Assembly (NCBI RefSeq): GCF_009914755.1
Contig: NC_060933.1
Direction: 5' to 3' (one strand)
Length of the DNA stretch: 64,000 nt
Source of the DNA: the human T2T-CHM13v2.0 reference genome, Homo sapiens
This document shows, piece after piece, positions 54,649-64,000 of this stretch. A program made the translations under genes and the position numbers. The notes below the pieces were generated by a model, which saw only the letters and a program-made list of their open reading frames with translations, was not told where the DNA came from and did no database searches. Position 1 is the first letter of the stretch. The number at the start of each line of letters is the position of its first letter.

Positions 54649-56504
54649 CCTATCAGGATAAATTTTTAAGCACCCATGGTCCTCATAGATTGGGGATTGG
54701 GTGAACCATCACAGGCCATTGCATTGCTTGATGGTACTCAGAACCCAAAAGAGGGGCACCCAAGAAAAGATCGGGTTGTTAGTGCCAGCCTTTCATAGAA
54801 AAGAGCAGGAAGGCACAAGCAAGCTCCTTCTCATTTCCCGCTGTCTTCACCACCACACCAGGATGGAGTGGGCATGGAGTACAAAGGAATCCCTCAGCTC
54901 TCCCACCAGGGTGAGGTTGCACAATAAAGTATCCATTCCTTTGTCCCCCCAAAAAACATAAGAAGCTCTTGCTTCTCAGGGCATTGTGCATACACCACCT
55001 GGGAATATTAATTTAAAACACAAATAAAAAGCTACTCCTAAGACCACCAAATTCAAAGTTTGGGAGCCAGAGCCTGAGAACCTGCATTTAACAGCGCCCC
55101 ATTCACATCAAGCAGACTGAAGTTGTGACCCAGCCCTATTCAGCCTCCTCCTGGTGGGTCTGGTGCCCACAGTTCCCCTCCACTCTGCACCAGGCTGCTG
55201 CACACATCCCTTCAATGCACCAGCCACTCTGCTCAGGGCAGCTCTCACCTCACCTGGCCCCTCTAAGGGATGCCCTGTAAGCCCACAGTGCTGAGTCAGT
55301 GGGATCAGTGGGCATCGGGAGATAGGGACCTGCCTGCAGAGGACAGAGGTGCCCTGGACAGTGTGGTGGGGGCCACACAAGAGCAGCCCTTGAGGGTAGA
55401 TACACCACCCAGTTCCACACTCATAACTAACCACTTTCATCTGGTGAGTCGGGAACAGTGGGAGCAAATTGTGTCGCTCAGTGTTCAGCTTCACCCACAG
55501 ATTAACCACAACATTAGGGACCCACAGTCCGTCATCTGCTACACATCAGAGGGAATGAGGGATGTGAGTCCTGCCCAGCGATGTCTCATTCTGACTTCGT
55601 GGGATTTCTGGCCTCTGTCAGAACAGGAAACAGGCTTGTGTTGCATTAAGGATGCTGCCCTTGCTGCGTGGACTCTTTAGGAAGGAATGAGAGCAATTTC
55701 CCCAGAGTGGGGCAGTTCCAGGTCTGGCCCTCCTTTCTCCCAGGGGCAGGAATCGGCCTTTGTGCTTAGGGAAAATGGACACTGGGCCTTGTGCTTGGAG
55801 CTTCTACTAAACTCATCTGAGAACTAAACTCTGCCCAGAAAGTTGAACAATGGACCTTCTGTGTTAGAGAGTTTGAAAGTGAAAGTGGTCATAGAGTTGA
55901 ATTTTTGGAGACAACATTCTGGCTCCCTGGGAGACAGGGATTAAAGCCTGGGTAGTGTACCACCCTCAGGGGCCTTGCCAGGGCAGCTGGGTCCCAGGGC
56001 TGACATCTGAGGAGCTGCGCTCTGAGTGGGAAGGGAGAGTTCCCCTGGTCCATCTCCACCAGGGCAGAGAGCTGACTGCATGGGAGACTCCAGCTCCTGC
56101 AGGTGCCAGCCATGGATAGCCACATCCTGTGGCCCCTAGGAAGCAGCCACAACAGCTGCAACCTGGCTGAGCTGGGAGGGCTCTTCCCAATGGAGAACAA
56201 AAGCCTGGTAGACACATCTTCAGGACTACAGAAGAGATGCTCTTGAGGTAAAAGCATCCTCCATAGGAAGGGACCACAGCCCCTCAAAGTTAGTGATGAT
56301 GGCTTCCTGCCAAATTTGGCTAGTAGTGCCTCCAACTCTAATTAAATGCAAGCAAAGAAAGAATGTGGTATTACTCTCAGGCTGTCGGGTAGCACACCAC
56401 ATATTCTGGTGATTCAGCTTCCTCAACCACATGCAGGAAGACAAGGCTCTGAGAAGCTGACAGGAGTCCAGAGGTGAGGACGCTGGAAGGCAGGTGGGCT
56501 CATG

Positions 56505-56800
56505 ATCTGGAGCTGCTGTAACGAATGACCAGGGGCCTAAAACAACAGGACTCTATTCTCATTGCTCAGGAAGCCAGAAGTCCAAAATCAAGGAGTCAGC
56601 AATGTTGGTTCCTCCTGGAGGCTCACAGTGGAATTTATTCCATGCCTCTCTCCTCCACCCCTGGTGCTGCCAGCAACCCTTGGCTTGGAGGCGCCTCACT
56701 CCCATCGCTCCCTGCATTGTCACATGCCTTCTTTCTCTGTGTCTCTCCTCTTCTCATAAGGACACTGGTCATATTGGATCAGGGCTCACCCTACTCAACT
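56505..56800 (-). mobile_element. MLT1 (C/D/E-like) LTR fragment
   Basis: GCTGCTGTAAC...AGAAGTCCAAAATCAAGG...ATAAGGACACTGGTCATATTGGATCAGGG. Confidence 0.7.
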
Positions 56801-56914
56801 CCAATTAAGCCCAAGAAAAGAAGGAAATATGCCATTACCGCACACAAGCACCCCACACTTCAGGGATGTTTGGGAAGGATGATGTACCTTGGAACTCCTC
56901 CAGAAGCTCTATAT

Positions 56915-57126
56915 CAGTGCAACTGGAGGTGACTTTTGCCCTCTGGGGGCACATGGCCACCTCTGGAGATGTTTTTGTTTGTCACAACTGGGAGGAGATG
57001 CCTCTACTGGCAACTAAAGGGTCCAGGCCAGGGATGCTGCTCAACCTCCTGCTGCACCCAGGACAGCCCCACAGGAGAGAATTCTCCAGCCCAAAATGTC
57101 AATAGTGCCAAGGATAGAAAACTCCA
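56915..57126 (+). mobile_element. MER20 (hAT-Charlie)
   Basis: TTTTTGTTTGTCACAACTGGG...CCCAAAATGTCAATAGTGCCAAGG; 8-bp TSD CTCTA(T/G)AT. Confidence 0.85.
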
Positions 57127-57270
57127 CTCTAGATGATTTTTTAAAACTGGGTGTTTTCTTAATTCAATTAAAAAGATTTCCCAAACATGCCGCCCTTCCC
57201 CCTGTCTCCACATTTATGGAAGCTCTAGCCCACCACAAGCGACACTTCCCTGCTCTAGGCGCTGAAGTCT

Positions 57271-57760
57271 TGTGTCTTAGTTTGGGTTTTTCCGAAAGCA
57301 GACACTAAGAAAAGTTTTGTTGCAGTGGTTTATTTGGAAGATGATTCTAGGAAGCACTTCCAGGGGAGAGAGGAAGTGAACCAGGGAAGGGAGGAGAACC
57401 AAGGAAGGGTGTGTTGATGAGGTGCTGTGGACATGTGGGGCTCAGGACTCAGTCCTGCTGAGGACCCCGGTAGGTCATCTTCAGTACTAGCCTCTCAAGG
57501 AGCAGGGGAGATGGTTTCACTGTCAGTGTCTCTTTGATAAAAGCTGATCCTGGGCATTGACTCCCCAGCCCTTCTGGGGCCCAGAGATGCCCTGAGGTTA
57601 GAGGCTGGGCCCGTTCAGGGGCTGTTTGAGGGAGGCCACTGGAGAGGCCAAGGGGGTAAAGGCCAGGAGTGGTCGACAGCCCCCACAGCTGACCTACCCA
57701 AGCAATGTGAGCTGGAATCCCCCTGAGCAAACCTCTACGCCACAGCATCACATCACACTG
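57271..57760 (-). mobile_element. LTR33/LTR16-like ERVL LTR, diverged
   Basis: TGTGTCTTAGTTTGGGTTTTTCCGAAAGCAGACAC...GGTTTATTTGGAAG; right boundary uncertain. Confidence 0.55.
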
Positions 57761-58145
57761 CAATGATCACTGTTCTCTCTAAACTCCTTAAAAGCAGTGT
57801 TCTTGTCATTAAGCTTCGTGTTCCCAGACCCTGACACCTGCTAAGCTTCAAAAAATACCTATAACGGAGAAACATATCAGTTACTCAGTTTTCACTGCCC
57901 CTTGTGGTTTGCCAACATAATGAGAAATATACCCATACAAGAGCCAATTAGCCAGTGCACTCAAAAATAGTATTTGCAAATGCCCTCTGTGCTCAGCATT
58001 GATCCAGACGGACAGGAAGACAAAAAAGAAAAGAGCTTGATCTCCACCCAAGAGCCTGGGTTTATTGACTGCAAAGACTCAACCCCACATCTGCCAGCCT
58101 GAGAAAGCAGCCAGCCCTGGCTAGAGCAGTGAGTGTTCTCTAGCT

Positions 58146-58480
58146 CAGTGGTCCCCAGCTTTTTTGGCACCAAGGACCAGTTTTGTGGAAGACAATTTTT
58201 CCACGGAGGGTGCGTGGGGTGGGGGGATTTGGTTTCTGGATGAAACTGTTCCCCCTCAGATCATCAGGCATTACATTCTCAGAGGACGCTCACAGCCTAG
58301 ATCTGTCACATGTGCAGTTCATAATAGGGTTCATGCTCCTGTGAGAATCTAATGCTGCTGCTGAGGTGAAGCTCAGGTGGTAATGCTCCCTCACCCACTG
58401 CTCACCTCCTGCTGTACGACCCAGTTCCTAACAGGCCATGGACCAGTACCAGTTTGTGGCCCAGGGGTTGGGGAACCTTG
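58146..58480 (+). mobile_element. MER1B, full length
   Basis: TIR ends; perfect 8-bp TSD CTCTAGCT (58138-58145 and 58481-58488). Confidence 0.92.
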
Positions 58481-59995
58481 CTCTAGCTGAACTCTGCTGC
58501 TCTTTGCACAGAAGTCACTAGCAGGAAATCAAAATCATAGGGATTCCAAAGATCCTGAGCCATCATCCCTTCTACCTCTGTCTTCCCCCTCAGCTGTAAC
58601 ATTTTATTGTGTTTTCAAACATATAGAAAAGCCAAAATAATTCTACAGTGAGCACCAACAGACCCAACCCCCAGATCCTACCATCCAGATTTTACCCTGG
58701 TCACCTTCCCCCAGGTGTCTCTGCACATGCACCTGCCATCCACCCAACTACTCCTCCCTCTGTCTTAAGGTTCAACCACAGATGTCAAAGGCAGTGAAAG
58801 CAGGCAAGGAGATTTGAAAAAAACTGACCTTTTTTGAGAAAACTTCCCTGCAGGTCACATGGTGTGGATGTATAAGTTATAAATTTCTTAAAACGTTTTC
58901 CAGAGCCAACCACAGCCAAGCCATTCTCGTGTCCACCCTCAAAGCCCTTGAGGGTTTGTCCTACCAGTGAGAACATTATAGGCAGCATGGTTCTAGCAGA
59001 ACCTTGTTTCCTGACTTTCAGGCTTGTAGAGGTTGGTGGGAAAATGAGGTGCCTTCCTGCTGTGGACTCCTGGTAAAGCCTGCTGTCCCACGCATCAAGA
59101 GACAGTGCCCACAAAAGCTGCACTGAAAACTCACCAGTGTGGACTTTAGCTTCTGAGAATTTACTTGCTTGCTATTTTGGAAGTTCAACTTTTCATTTCT
59201 ATAGGTATTATTAAACATGTATCACTATTTTGAACACTAAGATGAATAAGGCTGTATAAAAATCATGTTCATTTTTGAGCATTTCTTTACTTAGTTTGTG
59301 AATATTTAACAATTGTTTAGCTAATCAAAGGTGTGACAGTGAAATGCCTGAAATGCAATAAAAGAAAGATTAAAAAGGAAGGAAATATTGGAGGACAAAT
59401 ACACAAGACCAACATGACATTTTCACATGACAAAATTAGATCAATAAATAAATAAAAATGAAAAGAAAACCATTTAAAACCAGAAGAACGTAGGTCAAAA
59501 GCAAAACAAAACAAAACAAAAATATAAATCAGCAACAAACTATCAGTCATGCTAAAGAGCAGAACAAAGGAAATGTATATTAAACTATCAGCGCTGCAAA
59601 CATAGGAAGGTACCAGGAGAAGATTAAAGACATTGTATTATTCATCCTTGCAGTCAGCTAGGTGAGACTTCCTCTTCCAGTTTAACAAACAGTAATTCCT
59701 GTTTGTTTCCATTGTGATAACACAAAACAAAGACCTGGGAGGGTTATTGTGAGCATTCTCGCCAGGGAAAGGTGAGAATCCAAAATCACAGCCCCAAACC
59801 TCTTGCCTTTTGCACCATCCATGAGTCATCATGACTGTCTGACACTGTGAGCCCCACAGGGTGGCCCACCCACTGCTGGTGTCTGCGGGGAGTCCTGTCC
59901 ATAGCTGCTCCTCTGATGTGCCACCTGGCACATGATCAGAACAAACTTGTCTCCTGAGAGACCAGTCTATTACAATGCTCAAGAAATACACATTA

Positions 59996-60294
59996 GGCCA
60001 GGTGTGGTGGGTCACGACTGTAATCCCAGCACTTGGGAGGCCACGGCAGGCAGATTACCTGAGGTCAGGAGTTTGAGACCAGCCTGGCCAACATGATGAA
60101 ACCCCATCTCTACTAAAAATACAAAAATTAGCCGGGTGTGGTGGCGGCACCTGTAATCCCAGCTACTTGGGAGGCTGAGGCACAAAATCACTTGAACCCA
60201 GGAGGTGGAGGTTGGAGTGAGCTGAGATCGTGCCACTGCACTCCAGCCTGGGCAACAGAGCAAGACTCTGTCTAAACAGACAAACAAACAAAAA
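59996..60294 (+). mobile_element. AluS
   Basis: Full dimer; 15-bp TSD AAGAAATACACATTA (59981-59995 and 60295-60309). Confidence 0.95.
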
Positions 60295-60800
60295 AAGAAA
60301 TACACATTAGTCAGTGTTTTCAGGTAAGTCCAAGCCAGCAAGTTTATCTTCCACTCCTGAAAACAGTGAAGAGATATTCACTAGGGTCAAAACTCCATCT
60401 CACACCCCTGGCCGCCTTGGGAAGAGCCCTGCTTCCCCTCACTCTTCCAGGTCTGGGGTTGCTGTCAAGTGCTGTAATCACTTCTGCAGAATCCGACAGT
60501 CTTGAAGGTAACTGGAATGCAAGCTGCTAAAGAGTTAATTTTCAGGCTTTCATGAAGTTTATCCCTAAAACAAAGATTTTCTAATTTCACCAGTTTTACT
60601 AACTTGTGCTAATTTACACAATTTACTATGATTATAGTCATTTCCTGGAACTTTCTATGCAAGCCTATATAACCAGTTAAATAGGACGGCAGCTCCTCTT
60701 CCTTCCTAAAGATTATTATGTAAGACTATTGATCACAGCAAGTGGATCGCTTAACATGAATGATTAAATAACTTAGGGATGACACTGAAGTTGACTTTTT

Positions 60801-61596
60801 TTTTTTTTTGGCCTGAAAAATTTTTTTTTTTTTATTGTTCATTCTTGGGTGTTTCTCGCAGAGGGGGATTTGGCAGGGTCATAGGACAATAGTGGAGGGA
60901 AGGTCAGCAGATAAACAAGTGAACAAAGGTCTCTGGTTTTCCTAGGCAGAGGACCCTGCAGCCTTCCGCAGTGTTTGTGTCCCTGGGTACTTGAGATTAG
61001 GGAGTGATGATGACTCTTAACGAGCATGCTGCCTTCAAGCATCTGTTTAACAAAGCACATCTTGCACCGCCCTTAATCCATTTAACCCTGAGTGGACACA
61101 GCACATGTTTCAGAGAGCACAGGGTTGGGGGTAAGGTCACAGATCAACAGGATAAGAATTTTTCTTAGTACAGAGCAAAATGAAAAGTCTCCCATGTCTA
61201 CCTCTCTCTACACAGACACGGCAACCATCCGATTTCTCAATCTTTTCCCCACCTTTCCCCCCTTTCTACTCCACAAAACCGCCATTGTCATCATGGCCCG
61301 TTCTCAATGAGCTGCTGGGTACACCTCCCAGACGGGGTGGTGGCCGGGCAGACGGGCTCCTCACTTCCCAGTAGGGGCGGCTGGGCAGAGGCGCCCCTCA
61401 CCTCCCGGGTGGGGCGGCTGGCCGGGCGGGGGGCTGACCCCCCCACCTCCCTCCTGGACGGGTCGGCTGGCCGGGCAGAGGGGCTCCTCACTTCCCAGTA
61501 GGGGCGGCCGGGCAGAGGCGCCCCTCACCTCCCGGACGGGTCGGCTAGCCAGGCGGGGGGCTGACCCCCCGGAGCCCCTCTGCCTGGCTGCCCAGT
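60801..61596 (-). mobile_element. SVA, 5'-truncated/inverted (SINE-R plus partial VNTR)
   Basis: SINE-R at about 60834-61330; GC-rich VNTR at 61330-61570; 16-bp TSD CTGAAGTTGACTTTTT (60785-60800 and 61597-61612); TTT/AAAAA endonuclease site. Confidence 0.97.
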
Positions 61597-62099
61597 CTGA
61601 AGTTGACTTTTTAAATGACTGGGAAGGCAAGTGAGACAGAGTTACCGAAAAAAAAGATGGGAGTCTCAAACTATGTGTTTCTCTCTTGAGAAATGAAGGA
61701 GGCCTAACTCCAAATCAATTCTAAGGTATTTTCATTTCTCTTCTTATTCAAAAATCCCCAAAAGGTGGACATTTCACTACATCACTCTCTTGTTGAACAA
61801 ATAACTCAGATACCTCTGGAATGCAGGTGAGGCTGAATCAGGGAGAGGCCTTGGCCAGGAGCAGCTGGATGGCAGACAGCAGCCACTCAACTCTCCTTCC
61901 CCACGTGGAGGGACACATGGGGGTCAGCTGTGGCTTGGGATGAGCCCTAGGTAGGGTCTGACAGCCAGGGGGCTGCTCCTGTGAAACGGGCCATGGCAGG
62001 CACTAGGAACATCCTGAGGGTTCCCTAAACAGAATACTTCTCAACGTAAATCCCTCCAATGGCATCCTGCCACATGCAGGATAAAAAGCTACACTCCTT

Positions 62100-62605
62100 A
62101 CTGGGCTAACAATGACAAAATAATGGCTCCTCAAAGATGTCCACATCCTAAGCCCCAGAAGCCATGAAGATGTTATCTTACATAGCAAAGGTTGCAGATG
62201 GAATTAAGGTCACTCATCAGCTAACTGAAAAAGGACGATCATCCCGGATTATCCATGTGGGCCCTGGGTCCTTACAGAGTCATTGAAGGGGAAGGGGGAA
62301 CAAGGGTGATGGCAGCCTGAGAGAGGCTTAGGCTGACATGGATATCACTGGTTTTGAGCTGGAGGATGGAGGAAGGGGCCATAAGCTGCAGAATGCAGGA
62401 GTCCTCTAGAAACTGGGGAAGGCAAGGAAACAAACACTGCCCTAGAGCCTCCAGAAAGGAACCAGCCCTGCAGACACCTTGGTCTTAATCCAGTGAGACC
62501 TGTGTCAGACGTTTGATCTACAGAACTGTAAGGTAATACGTTTATATTGTTTTATTCACTAAGTTTGTGGTCATTTGTTACAGCAGCCCTAGGAAGCCAA
62601 TATAA
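62100..62605 (+). mobile_element. MLT1D-like LTR
   Basis: AATAATGGCTCCTCAAAGATGTCCACATCCTAA...CCCTAGAGCCTCCAGAAAGGAACCAGCCCTGC...GTCATTTGTTACAGCAGCCCTAGGAAGCCAATA. Confidence 0.85.
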
Positions 62606-62689
62606 AGCATGTAGGATTTGATCCTGACCTTGGCTTGAGCCCTTCTCACCCTGGCTTCACATGCTCTGGGCAGACTGATTTTCTCACTC

Positions 62690-63120
62690 TTCCCCAATAT
62701 ACCAGGCTGGTTGCTACCTCAGGACCTTTGCACTAGCTGTTCTTTCTGCCTGCACAATTTGGTCATCCCTCATCTTTGCATGGCTCAACCTCCTAGCCAA
62801 TCCATCAATCACAGGTGAGCACATCCTCACACATGTCTTCCTTGATCTCCCAGCTAAGGTGCCACACAGTCACTGTCCTCATGCCATGATGATCTGTTCC
62901 TCACAGCATCCACGAGCTGGCAGGGGAAGTAGAATGGATGCAGCACCGGCTCAAGGCTCAGTGCCTCTCAGGTGCTTTCATCAGCCTCCCTCACCTGGAT
63001 GTACTCTTGTTAATTCCATCTTTTATTCGGTTGCTATTTTGTCTGTTCCTCCCTGATAGTCTGTAAACAACCTCACCAGCCTCATGTAGGGACCAGTGGA
63101 ATGGTTTAGATGAAATGAAT
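62690..63120 (+). mobile_element. L2 3'-region fragments
   Basis: CCTCAGGACCTTTGCACTAGCTGTTCTTTCTGCCTG motif; highly diverged. Confidence 0.55.
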
Positions 63121-64000
63121 TTTACTTTCCATACTTTACATAACCATTAATAAATGGTTATGGAATAAATGGATCTTCCTGCTGTAATCAAGTGAAAAGG
63201 CAGAATATACTGAGGGTGACTTCTAGCTCTACAGGTGCATGATTCCATGTCGTGAGCAGTAATATACTTTAATCTCCCTTTGCTTGTGAAAAAATATCTA
63301 CCTCGCTTGGGAATCAATGGCTTAAAATAATGTCTCTGCTGAGGCAGGGTGTTGTCCTGCAGGAGTGAGGCAAGGTGTGGAAGAGGAAGGTGGGGAGGTG
63401 AGGACTGCTGGTCTCAGAGCTCCAGTTCTGACTCGATATGACTTGGGAAAATGCACCTGCGCAGGCACACCTATCCCACATGTCACACAGACATGTGCAT
63501 GCACAGATATAAACACTGTCACTCCTGGTTACTTTTATTTCTATCTGCCATCCTTGTGGCCATAGTCACTATTTTCCTCTTTGTACTTTTCCTTTTTACT
63601 CTGGTGGTTTGAAACTCAAACCTAAGCCTAGTTTCATCGGCTCCCTAACACCTGAGCCTGGTAAAGACAGGAGCCCCTCAGCTCCCAGCTACATTGTAAC
63701 ATTCCACATATTCAGCATGGCTGCAAAAAGGGGCTGAGATAGAACCTCCAGGACAATGTCCAGGACAATGGATCCCTGGAGGTCCCTGGTGGTCCCCACA
63801 GACCTCACTTTCCCAGAAGCAGAAGAGGGGCAGTTAAAATCTCAAGAGTATAGTTTTAGAAACACAATTGTTTTACCTCCCAGCGATGGTTGATCTTGTA
63901 ACAACCATATTTGAGACTGCTGCCTTGTAATTAATGCTATAAAATTCATTTAACAATATTAATTCTTCCAATTCATTAAGACAGATATCTTCCCATTTCT

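Noticed and set aside
55108-56335. Several 100-148 aa ORFs in GC-richer unique sequence
   Set aside because: No recognisable protein family or consistent splice/reading-frame structure; lengths are as expected by chance at this GC content.
61300-61575. CpG-island promoter
   Set aside because: The GC/CpG richness is the SVA VNTR.

Overview
This is gene-poor, repeat-dense primate DNA; an SVA insertion points to a hominoid, probably human, genome. I cannot support any host protein-coding exon, RNA gene or CRISPR array. Every recognisable ORF comes from a transposable element. The window contains old L1M fragments, seven Alus plus an Alu monomer, MaLR/ERVL/ERV1 solo LTRs and DNA-transposon MITEs (MER47A, three MER1B, MER75, MER107, MER20, MER5). 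The most informative signals are three genomic copies of processed RNAs made by the L1 machinery. (1) An L1PA whose 5'UTR is joined exactly at the 97/622 splice sites (a SpIRE) and which also lacks its 3' end. (2) A 4.4-kb HERV-W processed pseudogene running R-U5 to U3-R-polyA, with a 21-bp TSD, a tRNA-Arg PBS and three internal deletions, nested inside an L1PB. (3) A short SVA with a 5' inversion and an 11-bp candidate 3' transduction. Also notable are a perfect p53 response element in a MER61 LTR and a PGBD4-like peptide remnant in MER75. I found no convincing wholly new biological system; these are unusual instances of known mechanisms. Repeat family names come from remembered consensus sequences and need Dfam/RepeatMasker confirmation.
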